A stretch of DNA of 64,000 nt. Source: Squalus acanthias (lineage: Eukaryota). The stretch covers positions 19,468,001 through 19,532,000 of the forward strand of contig CM059438.1 of assembly GCA_030390025.1 (NCBI GenBank), in the 5' to 3' direction. The notes beneath the pieces are model-generated. The model was given only the letters and a program-made list of their open reading frames with translations. It was not told the origin of the DNA and ran no database searches. Positions within the stretch are counted from its first letter, which is position 1. Each line of letters begins with the position of its first letter. A program made the translations under genes and the position numbers. Below are positions 12,353-26,812 of this stretch, piece after piece.

Positions 12353-14246
12353 AGAGTCCTTTGGTCTGGCTGTGATATCCACATGGTCACATAGCCAGGA
12401 CATTCCTTCTTTTTCTGCTTGTCAGCTTTTCCCGCTTGCAAACCATCCTATTATTGTTGGCTAATTGGGTCACCCCGGAACAAGGATGATATTCTGAGAG
12501 CTTGACCCACAATTGAGTAAAAAGGGAATCGCAAATGAAGCTATTGTAAAACACAGCTATAATGGAAGGTCTTGCTAATTTTGAAGAAGGGCAAGGCTGA
12601 CAAAAATAAACCAAAAGACAATTGTTTTCTAATTGAACAAATGTTGCCCATTTTATTTGGCTTCTGCCCAATTAATAAGTCAGGTCATTCCACACTGGAA
12701 TCAGGTATTGTCCCTCAAAGAGCTCAAAGAGGTTGCTTTCCTCTGGAAAACTAAGCATTGTGTATTTCAGTGAGATTAAATTAAGCAGGAGAACAACACA
12801 GAGGCCAAGATTCCTCACTACTAATTTTAGTGAGTAAAAAGTGTTAAAATGTAGGTCGGAAGTGCAAACAATATTCACCCATAATTAGGGTGTTTAAGTT
12901 ACCCGTTCAAAAATGGATTAATGAACATTACCGAAAAGTGGGGTTTTGCTTTGGTCAGCCGGGTGTCTGACGTGAGGACATCCAGCAATGTGTTCAAGAG
13001 TCTCTGATCCACACTACTGAAAAATCAATCGAGTACACACACAACCCCCAGAGGGAAACACCACACTTAACTGAAGCCAAAGTCCATAAGCACAGAATAG
13101 CACAGCCAAAGTTTAGGAATCCCAAGACTGTGCACAGGAGTACTGCTGGAGTATAACCAGCTGAAACTGTGCAGTTTACTAGTACAGAGCATTGGTAAGC
13201 TTTCTGTTGCTTGTCCAGCTGGGGCTACCCTAGCCATAAGGTTTTGGCTTGCACGGTTATCTGGAGCTGAATAAAAACAAATCCCAGCTCTAGAGACAGG
13301 TCTACCCCTTCAGGTGCTATTACTGGGCCAGGCTAGTAAATCATCAGCAGTGCCCTGGAGTAACATGGGCCTGACTAGTTCACATATCAGATTACTGAAT
13401 CTGTCACAGAGAATTGACATTTCTGAAATTCCATCACGAGTGTGTCATGGTTCATTCTAGATAATGCTATCAATATTTACACCTTCATCATGTCAACTTT
13501 CTACCCTTGCCTCCTCCTCTCTGGAAGAGGTCAACCCCTTCTGGGGCAATGGTTCTATGGACCTCTGTTACCCTACAGTACGTTGGCCATTCTTCATGTG
13601 TAAGCCCGGGCAGTCAGTGTTTCAGGCTACATGAACATGTGGGTATCGCAGGCAATCCTAACACTATCCTCACCTGTCTTACGCACATACACTTCCAGCA
13701 GGATTGCTGCATAGTGATTAGGAGCAGCAACCCCAGCAGATGTTCTTCTTCTTCACCCAAAGTGCTGATGCCAATTGTAGCGTCCTTACTGTCATCCAGT
13801 TGAGTTCAACGAACTCAACACATACCAGGGATCAAACATGAACCATCACAAGTCTTCCTAGATCACTACCTTTCATCAAAACAACAATGGGGGCCAGTTT
13901 AACCTCACGCACCCGGCGGGAAACCAACAGGATCAGATCGGATGCCAATGTTACACCCCATCGGATTTTACTTTCTATTAGCTGACTCAATGTAGAATGA
14001 CGTGCTTTCCGACTTCTAAAATATTGTACATTTCCTTCTGTAGTCCTAGTGGGGCCACAGACAAGCAGGCCTTCATTTGGCCAGCAAAAAAAGTAACAGG
14101 TAATCCATATGAAAATTTTGGAAAGGCTCAGGTGCTTGGATTTTGTCCAGATGATTTTGAGCCTGAACACATTTCAATGGCTCAGTTAGTTTATCCAATG
14201 AGTAGTCGAAGCACACTGACCAGGGAGGTCCCAGATTTGATTCCAA

Positions 14247-14904
14247 GGGGTCACTTTCCAGCCTACCTGCCCAGCAGAAACCGAGCGGGCTGGCAGTTAA
14301 AAACAAACCCGTTACTTGCCACTTGGACCTTGACCCCTTTCAGACATCTCCGATTTAACCTGCAAGGTTGTCCAGGCAGCCGCGGCACCAGTCTAAAAAC
14401 AGGCGGGAGACGCGTGAATTTATGCAAATCGGGTCCTGTTACATCAGCAGGACTCCAATGGCATTTTGACGAGGTCCTGAGCAGGGAAGCCGCTGTGGCT
14501 CTCCCGTCAGGCTGACTTAGGTCAGCAGCTGGTGGGAAGGACGAAGAGACAAATCATTTCATTTGTCGGAGCCCAGGGTGAAGTGCTCCTGGCCGGGACA
14601 CCACCGCTTTCCCTCCCACGATCCCCTCCCCTCCAGGAGTACTGCTGGAGTATAAGGTTTTGGCGTGAAAGCCGATGGGCGGCCAAGGACTGCCCGATCT
14701 TCGCCTTCCAGCAGCTGCTTTACGCCCTCTTCGTGCCAATTTCAGGCCCAGGGTATTTCAACTCCTGGAACTCATTCAAAAGCCACCAGTCTACTTTTCA
14801 TCTGAGCGGAAAATACTCCAGGCCTGAAACTTAAACCAATGAGTGCGTTTCGCACTTACCCCATCCCTGCCCGCCTGATACCAGCTCTGGTTAAAATCGA
14901 CCCC
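14247..14904. mobile_element. Harbinger-type MITE inserted in an old SINE
   Basis: TIR GGGGTCACTTT/AAATCGACCCC; flanks CAA/CGA; SINE head before and SINE body after. Confidence 0.65.
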
Positions 14905-16296
14905 CGAGTCTTTGTTGAACTAGCTGATCACAGCCAAGACAGCTGTAAGGGGGCAAAAATTGTCCTCTTGGCCCCTGGTTTACAGAAGGGAAAATTGGCC
15001 AGTCCTGATCATTTTCCATTGACCCTTGCTGCTCAGTGAGCCAGGGTGTTGGGCAAGGACAGGATCAGGCTTGGCTGTGATACCCTCTGTGGTTGAAAGC
15101 GCACTAAGATTCTCTGTTATGGCTCACACACAAATAATGGAAGAATTACTGAAGGCTGCCCCACTCTCCATGGAACTGCACCCCAGCCAGGGGTTAATGC
15201 CTTGAGGAGTGGAGACGAGAGGAGAAAATTGATGGAGAAATAAAGAGTTACAACAATTACAAAATTTATCAATGAGTAGATGTTTAATGGTTTGTATGCA
15301 ATTAGAGAAAATAATAAAAAATAAATTAATTCTATGAGATGTTACGGGTCCTATTACCTTTATATCTTCCTTTAGTACTGGAATCAGCATGAATGCTGAT
15401 TGCTAATATTTCCAAAGCAATAATAAATAATAAGAATGCTGGAAGTGGCACCTCGTCTAGTCTCTTTATTGAGAGTTCCAAAGGAGAAATATTTAGAGGG
15501 ATGTTTTCATTACATCCCCAATTTAAATAAAAAGGATGCTCCTTCTATTCCCACAATAGTTAAAATATTGTTTCTACATTGGCTTCCTGTCCCTCAAGGT
15601 TATCTGAATTAAAATCCTTGTGTTCATCTTCAAATCCTTACATGAGCTTGCATCTCCCTATCTTGTACCTTCCTTCAGCCATACATCCCTGCCTGCATCC
15701 TTCGATCCTCTGACTCTGGCTTCCTCTGACATCTTGGGGTGGAAAGTGGTCTTTGTTGCGCCCATTTTCCAGGTGGAAAATGGGGGCAAAAATGACCTGT
15801 GCACCAAAGACGGCTGAAATCCATCCGACACCATATTGGCCTTGGACGATTTTCAGGCGTCCTGGGCAGCTGCCTTAAACAGGCAATAGGACACTTGCAT
15901 ATGTTAATGAGGGGTCTAAAACTCCAGTCCCACACTCCAACTGACCTGATTGGTTATTATTGGCACCCTTCCCAACCTCCAACAGAACAGATTGGTATGG
16001 ACAACCTTCAGTCCCACTCTTGAACTGATCGGCAAGATTGATACTGATGATCTTCAATCCTAATGAAAAAGTTAAATTTTCTTGTGCGATGCTGACAAGC
16101 TGACAGAAATTAAAACATGTACTATCAGATTAAAATGCTGACAGTTGGCATGTATGAAAATGCCATTTCATCCATGTAGTTTTTGAAAAGTAGGCCTTGA
16201 AGTTATGCTTGTGATATTATGTAAAAGCACTTACTATGCCTATTCCTTTGTCTGCTATTTTAGTAGAAAACAAAATATTTAAAAAAAAACAAGTTA

Positions 16297-17059
16297 GGCC
16301 CGAAAATTAGACCTAATACGGGAGAGTACGCACTGTGTACTCTCGCGTATTAGGTCCCGAAGTGCCGGTTTCCTGCATGCACTGCGCATGCGCGGGAAAC
16401 CGGCACTTCGTGTATGGCAAAGGGGACGGTTCCTAAGTGAACCGCGTGTGCACTACAGGCTGTGCGCACGCAGCACACTTAGTTTTTTTTTCAGGTTTGA
16501 ACGCGCAGGTAAGTGTTGAAGATTTTACACATAAAGAAAGCAGGCGTAAGACCCCTTTTTAACAAGGTAAGTAGTTAATTAAGTATTATTTTAAATTTTT
16601 TTCAACAGGTTTATCTTTTTTAGCGACTTTAAAGAAAGGTAAGTTTATTTTTATAACTTTTAAAAAGAATTTAAATTTTTTCAAAAATTTACATTTTTGT
16701 TTAAAGTGGTTAATTTATTTAACTATAGTTATTTTATTAATGTGATGGCTTTTTTTAAATTTAATTGAGGTTTAGCTGTTCTTTTGGGGGCTTGTTGTAT
16801 TCATAGCTTTGACAGCTCTTGCTGTCAAAACTATGAATGAAAGATGGTGTGCTGCCATTGGCTCTAACTGGCCCACGTGATCCCAGAGGTCGCATCGCAC
16901 TAACTGCGCCTCGGGGTACGCACACACTGCGCGCCGGCACCAGGGAGAGGCCCAGGAACTGAAGTTCGTGTGGGCCAAAACCATAAAGGTAGGCGCGGAG
17001 TGCGATATCGCGGGGGATCCTTACCCCCGCGGCAACCATCGAACTCCAATTTCTGGGCC
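16297..17059. mobile_element. PIF/Harbinger-type MITE, family C
   Basis: TIR GGCCCGAAAATT/AATTTCTGGGCC; TSD TTA; subterminal hairpin 16310-16357; AT-rich core. Confidence 0.8.
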
Positions 17060-17944
17060 TTAATTTCTCCATCAGAATAGCAGAGGAAGAAATGTTAAGC
17101 ATCTATACACTAGTAACCCATGGTACAAGCCCATAAATATTACAAGTGAAGATAAAAAAAACCCCAGTTAGAAATGTATAAATATGCATCATGAGCGAAT
17201 TACAAGGTAGTTCAACATTTATTTCTCAACAGTATTCTATAATGTTAGCAAAAAACCCAGGTGAAATTGTAGATCACGATACTCCTGCTTCAACAAGCTT
17301 TTCATTGCATACTCATTCCTATGAGTCTCTTCTTGTATTTGGTTTAGTTATGTGCATTTACGCAAAAAAAACTTGTATTTTGTGTCAAAGCCTGTCAAAG
17401 TATTTTATGGCAAAGAAAACACTAATTTATCTTCTAGCCGCTCAATATGTGTTTGTGTGTGATATGTTTGTGTGTGTGTGGGGAGAAGGGGTATCCCAAG
17501 TAACTCAATGAATGCATACACTGTAGTTAGAAGACATAAAGCACCAGGAGTCAATTCTTGGACAAAACCTCCTTTCAGGAAAGAAGTTATTTAGCCACCA
17601 TTTGAGGTTTTGATGGAATGTATCAAAGACCAGAAGAATCCTTGCTTTGGGGATTAGTGTTCCAACATGTTGTAATATACTTTATGGATGTGCAATGCTG
17701 AAGTGCAAAGTTTATGACTGCCAACAGCTCCAGCATCTTCAGATAACCTTGTGCCTGAACCGCACAACTTTGAGTCCATTTCAAGAGTTTATAAATGGTC
17801 TGGTAACTTTTTGGAATGAGCTATTACGAGTTCATTCTTTGAAAACATTATTGATTAAAGAATAATAAGGAGGCTTGAATTATAGCAATTTACATCCAGA
17901 AGTTAAAATACTTCATCCAAATTGTTTTGGTCCTGAGTCTATAA

Positions 17945-18440
17945 GGCCGATTCCGTGACCCCGAGAAAGTGGCTCTGGGATTGCGGTACAGGTCAGCACT
18001 CTTGCACTGCTGGAGTAGGGGGCCAACAGTGCCAGATTCTCCGAGGCCAGCTAATTAACACAATTGTAACATGCTCCCTGCACATTTTCCACAAGTACAG
18101 GCTGCAAGTGGGCAAGGAATAGTGAGTGGAGCAGCTCAAAAGGATTGCTGCTCTTAAAGGGCTGCTAATCCATTCATTTGCAGGCGACTGTTGTGCCTGA
18201 CTTCTGTGAAGAAGATGGAGCATTGCTAAGAGTCAAGTGTGAGAACTGCCCCATTTGATGAAGAGACTCTAGATATATTGTTTGAGGTGGTGCAATGGGG
18301 AATGTTTATTTCAGAGGGGAACCTTCTCCTCAGCTAATATGCACTCGGGCAGAAGGTAACCCATATAGTCAATGCAGTGCTCCCACATCCATAGGTCAAG
18401 GGAGTAGATCAGGAAGAAGTTTTGTGGCCTATGGAAGAGT
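17945..18440 (+). mobile_element. Decayed Harbinger element with Myb/SANT-like gene remnant
   Basis: 18240-18432 reads RTAPFDEETLDILFEVVQ...RSRE*IRKKFCGL across frameshifts, resembling the Myb_DNA-bind_5 domain. Confidence 0.4.
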
Positions 18441-18954
18441 GCCAAAGTACTGTTGACAATAGTTTACCAACTCAAATAAGATGAATGCCTGTAGTATATA
18501 TTCACAAAGCACTGGGCCAACAACATGAAGCAATGCAACCTGGAAAGCACTGGTACAATTCCTCACAGTCGCACTCCAATCTACCATGTCTGCAAAACAG
18601 CAACTTGGTGGCAACCGAAGGGATAGCCTTTCATTGACCCACAATTCTGTTATATGTTTTGGCACCAATTCCATAAGGCACCTTGCATGCTGGGAAAGGT
18701 GAAATGCAGGCTGTGCATTGGGTAGAACCTCATGTTACATCGAAACACCAGAAGCATTAGTTTGTAAAAGAGAAAACTACATACCAAAAGAGAACCCGCA
18801 CTGGTGGCAGCCCAGCCAACCTGTGCTGCAACACCTGCAAAGAAGTCCGCCTTACAAATTGTAGGGGTGGATGCCACGGAGTATGAAGGGAGAAATTGGT
18901 AGCTTCATGTTATCCCATCCAGGTGTTTTCTTCAACTTCTTTCTACCTAGGGGT

Positions 18955-19472
18955 CAGTCTTGGCTCAATGGTACTGCTATTGCCTCTGAGGCAGAGGTTG
19001 TGGATTCAAGCCCTGCTCTAGACTGACAGTTCAGTACTGAAAGTGTGTTGCACTATCGGAGGTGGTGTCTCTTGAATGAGACATTAAACTGAGACCCTGT
19101 CTGCCCTCTCAGGTGGATACAAAATATCCAATGGTACTATTCTGTCATGTGCTTTGGCGTGAATTCCATGAGTTAAATGAGGAAAGACAGGAGGCTCGAG
19201 TGGAGCATAAACGCCAACATGGACTGGTTGGGCCGAATGGCCTGTTTCTGTACTGTATATTCTATGTATTCAAAGAAGAGCACGGTGGGGGTGGGCGATT
19301 CTCCTGGTGTTCTAGCTAACATTTATCACACAACCATCGTCCCTAAAACAGCTTATCTGGTCATTTATCTCATTGCTGTTTGTAGGACATTGGTGTGTGC
19401 AAATTGGCTACATTACAACTGTGCCTACACTTCAAAGAGTACTTCACTGACTTTGAAGTGCTTTGGGATGTC
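18955..19472 (+). mobile_element. DeuSINE (SacSINE1-like) interrupted by a CR1 3' tail (about 19143-19271)
   Basis: tRNA-like head tggctcaatggta...ggattcaagccc; Deu-domain-like ctgccctctcaggtggata...atggtactatt. Confidence 0.7.
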
Positions 19473-19989
19473 ATGAGCTCTTCAAGCTCACTCACTCAGC
19501 AACATGTTGCTACACCTACCCAGCAGCAACATGGCACTATATTATTGCTACGGCACACAGTACCTTTTCCTGGCATGGAATGGTACTGTTTCCATGTTGT
19601 AACTTTTATGCATTTCTGAGTTTCAGAGTAATACCTGTCCATATCATTTTCTGCAGACTGCCTTCTTTCTACCTTTAATCTAGGTAGGTGTAAAATATCT
19701 AGTAAGTTGTTCATGCAGGGCCTGAGGTGCCCAGATTCCCAGCAGGGGTCTCTGGGCATGGACATCGCTTGACAGTATAATGCAGTATCATGAAAAGGCT
19801 GTGGCCTAGCTGGGCTTTGGGGTAGCTTGTTGGCTATGCGACAGGGCTCTTACAAGGGACCTTGCTTTTCATAGCCATCATAGTATGTATGCTGCAGTGG
19901 TTCCTTTACCGGTCTCCTTCCTCCCTCCCCCCACAAAAACAATACCTCGCCATCAAATGGTAAGGCAGTAAGTGACCTCGACGGACAGT

Positions 19990-20256
19990 CTTGCATTTAT
20001 ACAGCATCTTTCAAAACCTCAGGACATCCCCAAGCGCTTTACAGTCAATTAATTACTTTTGAAGTGTAGTCACTGTTATAATGCAGGGAAGTACAGCAGC
20101 CAATTTGCACACAGCAAGGTCCCACAAATAGCAATGAAATAAATGACCAATTAAACTGTTCTAGTGGTGTTGGTTGAAGGAAAAATGTTGGCCATGGGAT
20201 CATTTATGTCCACCTGAGAGGGCAGATGGGATCTTGTTTTAACGTCTCATCTGAAA
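19990..20256 (-). mobile_element. DeuSINE fragment
   Basis: gtccacctgagagggcaga and gccaatttgcacacagcaaggtcccacaaa are reverse complements of the same family. Confidence 0.7.
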
Positions 20257-20839
20257 AACATTAAAAACTCTGACAGGGTGTTAGCAGAATGTCGGTGACA
20301 CTCTAACGTCTAACTACTCCTGTAGAGAGACTGGGATCTTTGTCCCAAATCTTTGGGAGTAAGAGGTCTGAAGCAAGAAGCAAAGAACTTTTAACAAGAC
20401 AAATCCTGGGCTTTATACGAAATTAGAATAGAAGACCATGTAAGGAACTGCCTATCTGCAGCCTTAACATTTTTACATGCTTGTGTACTGCAGGGCTTCC
20501 GTAAAACCTACCAAGCTAGTGTAGGAGATGTGTAATGAAGAACGGTTAGCTCTGATGAAGATTTCCACTCAAAACATTAGCCTTTTTCAGATGAGCAAGC
20601 TGATGTGCACTTTGTTTTTATTCCAAATTTCCAGTATTCAGTGTTATTTTGCCTGCACTAGAAAATGCTTAGTTTGTACGTTATCACTAACCTACTAAAT
20701 CCTAAAAGTCAATGATTTGCCAAAGATACAATGACTCTCATTCTTCAACCAAAGACACAACTTTGACAAAGCTTTTAGGTCACTCCTCCAAATCTCTCCT
20801 TTGGCACAGCATCCAGGTGTTTTTCTACGTAAAGGTAAT

Positions 20840-21550
20840 GGCCCGTATTTTCCGATCTGGAAGAAAATCTATACACTTACCTGAGGGCTCCCGAGGTGCG
20901 TATAGTTCCGATCCTGGGCCACTCCAACTCCAAGTGTGCAGGGCCCACGTATCCCAGAGGCACAGGTGGTTCGCAAGCGTCCCTGAGATCACGTGGGCCA
21001 TGGGGAGCCAATCAAAGAAGGGAATCTCCCTTCATACACTTGACAGATAGACCTGTCAAATATATGAATGGAGATCACCCCAAAAACACTTCAAAACATT
21101 AAATAAATTTTTTTTAAATCACATTTTTTAAATTAGTTGAAATTACAATAAATTAAATATTTTAAACAAAAAATTAAAGTTTTTTACAGGGCAAAAAATA
21201 AATTTACCTTTTTTTTAAAAAAAAAGTATTTTTAAATGATAAATGACTGAAATTTAAAAAAAACTTTTTTTCAACTCTTATCCTGGTAAAAGCAGGCCTT
21301 ATGCCTGCTTTTACCAGGCGTAAGAATTTTAAAGGTTTTCTGCAGGCGGAGGGTCTCCAGAAAGCGGAACTATCCGCCCGCAGAGGCCCTTCTCCAGGGC
21401 AGGCGTCTGATCTGTCAAGAGCATTCTTGACAGATCGGAAATGCCGGCTTTCAGCGCATGCGCTGTGCAAGCCTGAAACCAGCATTTCCGATGTCCCTAC
21501 AGGTGTGTACACAGCTCGTACACACCCGTAGGGATCGGAATATCCGGGCC
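20840..21550. mobile_element. Harbinger-type MITE, family C (opposite orientation to 16297)
   Basis: TIR GGCCCG.ATTTTCCGATC/GATCGGAATATCCGGGCC; closely similar to 43913-44642. Confidence 0.8.
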
Positions 21551-22879
21551 ACTATATATAAATGCAAGTTGTTATGACATTCTTTGAGCACAGTATTTTT
21601 TCCACCTTCAGAGTTATTATTCATTACTTCTGTAGCATGCATTGGGTTATTAGGTTGTACATCCATTTACCAGAATATATTATGTAGTAGGATTGCTTTT
21701 TATTTCCCCCTGTAGTGCAGTTGTGTCACTGAGAAATATAAATAAAACCCTACAATAAAAGGGTGAGGTGTTAATTGGTCTTTTGATGGTGGCTTGCTTT
21801 TCTTGGAGTTATGTTAGGCTGTAATCTAAATTCCCAGGTAACAGACCTGTGTCTTGAAGTAACCACATCTCAACACCGAAGACAAGTACAAACTTTGAAA
21901 TCATAAACTCACCCAACATTTGTTGCAAGGTTTAAGGCGGTGGACACACATTTCTCCACCTCTTAATGAGTTTGCCACTCAGCATATGAAAAATATGTTA
22001 TCTTCCTCTTACCAAATGTCAACAGTCACCATTGTGGGGAATGCGAGACTTGAGCAATAAGCCAGAGGTGAAGGCCAGACCCCCAACTCGACTGGTGGTG
22101 GCAATAATGTGTGGCAATAGTGACCAACAAGTCTTTGCTGTGTGATACCACAGAACAGTTTCTACTTTATTGCCCGCTGATTTGGGTGACAGAAGACCAT
22201 AGCAATCAAAGTAACAGACGAAACTGGAAACGGTTTACTGCTGGACAATTTTTCCTATTCAGGTTTAGCCCATTCCAAACTACAGCTTGTTGATATCCTG
22301 ACACTACCAACAGTCGATAAGGTTGAGTTTTAATTCATGCCGGCAAAGTAGTGGCAATCAGTAGGCTGCATGTAACACATTGTTCTTCAGGCTGTGTGGG
22401 CAGCCATACCCATGTGGCATTATGTAATTGGCCTGGCGAACGAACAAAACTTGATGTCATTAATTATAACATGTGCATCTAAAATTCCCCAATGTAACAG
22501 CCAAGTAGTGATAGGTGTAACAAAACAAATAGCGATTACAATCTCCTTTTAGCTGTGCTAACATTTGCTTTTAAATTACTGCAGTGACCTCTAGTATATA
22601 ATCATCCCCTGAGCCTTTTGTTTTGTGTGTGCTGGCACTACTGGTCAATCCAACCTATTGGTGTAAACAGTTTGTAAATATACCCTAGAAAATACCTGAA
22701 CAGTGTATTAGGTGTTCCTGTACTCGAATGGACAAAGTTCCTCTTGTGCTCAATACCACCAATCGCTTATCTTTCCGAGTACAAAAGATGAGGTTAACAC
22801 CCATACTCAAACAAAGGTGATATTTATATTCCTAAGCAACTACCCATTTCAAAACACAACACCAACAGCTGTATGACTG

Positions 22880-25800
22880 ATAGCTAAAGTCTCGATTTAT
22901 TGCTTTTACTGGTGGCAAAACACTGTTAATACAAAAGCTGCCATTTTCATAGTGGGCTTAGAATATTTTATTGTCTCCTTTAAGATCTCTCAAATAATCA
23001 GCATCAACAAAATACAAAACATTTAAATACCTTTGTGTCGGTCAACAATTTTACAAGAACACTTCAGGGAAAAAAAAATGATAAACATTTAAATTAAATG
23101 GGGATGGCCTTTGGCTTTTAAAGGCAAATTAAACTAGGTAAAGTTTTTGGTTACATTTTCTTTTTGCTGACTAGAAATGTGTCCAGCAGTATTTAGGAAA
23201 AAAAAAGTATAATATAGAAGCAAATCTTTCATATAAACAAATCATTTACAGCCTTAACTAGGCTTTTAACTATTTGAGAAACTGCAACAACAAAATAGAA
23301 ATTTTTTGTAAAAAAAAAATTCAATAAATTAGATGTACATCGTATTATGAAATTCATGCACAAATCGACAATATGACACAGAGGATCACAAATGCTTTAT
23401 AAAAATATACAAAGTACTGGAATGTAGATAAGTGTGAACCAAGCACTTTCTCACTGAAGCAAAGCAGCTATACTAGTTTGGTCTTGTGAGCTTTCCTGCC
23501 CATCACAACTTATTACATCATCTAATTACTTCACGTATCTTAATTTGGGCAAACAAATCTTACATTATTGTTTCTTTTACTTATTCCACTCTGACACACT
23601 GAATTTGAAAGGAAATGCTGGATAATATTATTTTTTTGAGTTGGTAATGTTTCTGCTTTAACTGAAGTGGCGAGCTGTTATAGCTGAACTAAACAAGTAA
23701 CGTGCTCTGTCATGCAGGAATATTTTCTCAACTGGCTCACATTTGATTGAAACGACTACACCTATAATTTGCAGCAACATAGTTACCCCTTCTGGTGAAG
23801 GTGATCTAATTTGGGATAGCTGTTTGCTTTTTTTTTGCTAAAGTGCACTTTTAAATCATTGATCTAGAAATAGGTCACACATACAGCAATCACAACAAGT
23901 GAGGGTTACTCAAGCTGAATGCCACATTATTTAGAGCACAGAAAAACACAAAAGGAAACTGAACAAGCTAGTTGAAATTCTACTGAGTCCTTTTCCATTG
24001 TCTTCAAACCTAATTCAATGTCCAATGGAAGAGGTATATTTTCTGGAGCAGGATATAAAACATCCAATGAGTCAGGTCTGTTTTGGACCATAAATCACTT
24101 TCCAATCCAGAAATCTAGTCCATTGCTCTCCCGTAATTAGCAGAATATCCTTACTTGAATATATGTCATTTTAATAAATGAATGGAAGATCAAAAATGTA
24201 ATTTTTTAGATATAAGAGTTTGAATAGGGCACATCGTATGTTTGGTCCTCAGTACACGGAGGAGGGTACATTCTGGCCTCTCAGGTCACACAAGTTGTGT
24301 TCTATAAAATCTGGTGATGACCTGCAAGGGTATCCTTACTTCACTGGTCATTTTGGCACTGACAGTAAAGCTCACTGCTAGAGGTAATAAAATGAACGCA
24401 TATTTCTGATGTAATAAAACAGGTTTCTTGGGAAATTATAATACTGAAAAACAATGAAGGTAATTGTTCGGGACACTTGAATGACCCCCTAACATTCATA
24501 TCTGTGATACTGCACCTTATTAAAAAAAACACAACAGAATGTGCCCTGGTTAGCCAGTGAACAGTCATGCTCAGAAGACACAGATTAAACTTATTACAAT
24601 ATAATGCCAAAGCAATACCAGCTGTGGAAACCGACTCGGTCTTGTCAGACAAGAAAAATTCGACATTCTTTAGTGTTTATAATTTTATCAAGTCAGACTA
24701 ACTTTGTTTCTTATTTCACAATTGACTCTAAATTTTAACAATCTTTGTGTCCATGTCTAACAGCCATTGATGTTAATATGGTTGGAGTTTCAAAAGGGAA
24801 TGGTTTTAGGCCTTATTATTTCAGTGAATAAAAGTTTTTGTTTGATAATCTAGGTTGGACAAGCTTGCATCTCATCTTTTAAAACCAAAACCACGTTAAT
24901 GTTCTACATGTTTGGAAATGTATAATAGCAAATGAAGACTTTAGTGGAGGTTAGGTCATCTATATCCAGATAATTAGATCAAGGTACTTTTGAATGACTG
25001 GTGTCATTATCTTGTAATCCTGTGAAAAAATGATAATACGTACTATTTTTTCCATATTTTTATGGGCCACGGTATAATTGTTAGAATAAAACTTGCAGAT
25101 ATTTTTGGTGTTAGCATTATCTAAATAGGATCATGGCAGGGGGGGCCCTGTGTCTGCAGCTATGCCCCTGCCATAACTCTTAACCCATTTACCGGGGTCA
25201 GGGTCAATTCAAATGCAGGGCAGGCCCCGCTGCCATAGGGCAGCACACTGATGCCCAAGAGGAGAGTCCTGGCGGTGCTGCAGCAGGACACCTCTGGCAG
25301 CACTCGAGAAGGCAATTGGCCCGTTAAGAGGAGTGGAAGAGCCATGAAGAGGAAAGAAAGATTTTCATGAAGTCTTTGGAGCAGTTATGGAGTGAGAGGC
25401 AACTTTTACTAGACCCTCCTCCTCCACTGAAGAACTTTGGCGACTTACTGTCACTGCCTCAGGGCCTACCACCACCATTACCCAATGGTCCCTGGGGATG
25501 GCAGAGACAGTGGCGATAAGGTAGGAAATGGGTCCGGAACCGGACCCCTGTTAACTCACCCCTGCCATCAGTATTTACATGAGTGGGTGAGGAAGGGGCA
25601 GATGGCGAGATCAAAATTAAGCTTGGGGCGGGAATGAGGCGGTCAGTCTTACCACCCAATTTTGCACTCCCCCACCCATTTCACCATTATCATAGGGGAG
25701 GAAAACCAAGCCATTGCGTCCAAAACCATGCCATACCAAATAATGTCCTCGATGGACCACTACATTTGTACATCAGCTTGTGTTCAAACCCAGTAGATGG

Positions 25801-26647
25801 CCAGATTTGGGAGCATCAATATGACACGTTATCCCTGTGCAAAACCTTAACTGAATATCTGTTTGCTGCTTTCTAACGTAACATTTTTCTGGACATGGAC
25901 TTAAACAGAGCCATGAAAACACCCATTCCATTGTGCTTTAAAGGTCAGTCCATTTCCTGTCTAGCAAAAGCCACGCAAAATACAAGAAACATCAAAGATT
26001 AATTGTTTTAATTGTTGCTGTTAAATACCAATCAGTTAAATAAATTATTATTCCCTGAAAACAAAGAATATTTTAAGTGTCTTGAAAATGTTTCATAACT
26101 GAAGTGCTAGGAATTGCTGTAGAAGCAGTTTTCAAAAGCGGTTAGCTATTTAACAAAAGTTGCTTTCATTTTCAGGTTGCAATAGAATCACCTTTTCATC
26201 CATACAAAAAATAATTCACTGTAAATATATATATAATATATATTTATACATATTTGGGTATATTTACAAATACAGCCAGCACATATTTTGACTCTGAAGA
26301 TCCATGCTGGATAAATTTTCCAATATTACAAAATTAACAATCTAGGCAGAACTTCCTACTTCAAGTCTTGCCCGAAGTCCAACTAGTCAGCTTTTGATGG
26401 AATGAAAATAGGCCTGGTCACCAAAGCAAAATTTTGGTCGTAAGACTTATTCTGTCTTCTTTTGCAACAAAATATATTCGGCTGCACATTTCTTCATGAA
26501 CAGCCTGTTACAATCCTTGTATTGCATCGTTTCCATAATAACCGTACCGAACCAACATTCCATTCTGGAGCTCAAGTTCCTCGAAGACATGTGTGAAACA
26601 GGGAAGGCCACATTCAAAGTCAGTTTGGCAAGTGATGGCTTTTTCAT
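22880..26647 (-). other. FGFR2: Probable FGFR2 3'UTR; distal end uncertain
   Basis: AU-rich, mostly repeat-poor sequence after the stop. Pumilio-type UGUAAAUA at 26261-26268; ATTAAA at 26007-26012; AATAAA at 22967-22972 and 22896-22901 (all minus strand). Confidence 0.45.
25130..25700. mobile_element. Decayed GC-rich MITE-like insertion in the putative 3'UTR
   Basis: GC-rich island in AU-rich surroundings with family B-like motifs (ttaag, gggcggga, caatttt). Confidence 0.4.
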
Positions 26648-26812
26648 TCATGTTTTAACGGTGCCATTCATGTGTTGTTGATACTTTGAAAGACATGGCT
26701 CATTGGGCATAGGGTCAGAGAACACAGAGTCATCTCCCGATGAGCAGGAACTCCTTGTATCAGGATAACTGGGTGAATACTGTTCTAGAGGTGCAGAGAG
26801 GTCCAAATATTC
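26648..26812 (-). CDS. FGFR2: FGFR2 last coding exon (C-terminal tail with PLC-gamma-binding YLDL), 165 bp to TGA
   Basis: tggcag|GAATATTTG...ACATGA; encodes [54 protein letters not shown]. Confidence 0.96.
   Translation of the reverse strand, partial: EYLDLSAPLEQYSPSYPDTRSSCSSGDDSVFSDPMPNEPCLSKYQQHMNGTVKT

Noticed and set aside
1-22800. Many 60-170 aa ORFs in the intergenic region
   Set aside because: No recognisable domains or exon structure; most sit in GC-rich MITEs where stop codons are rare.
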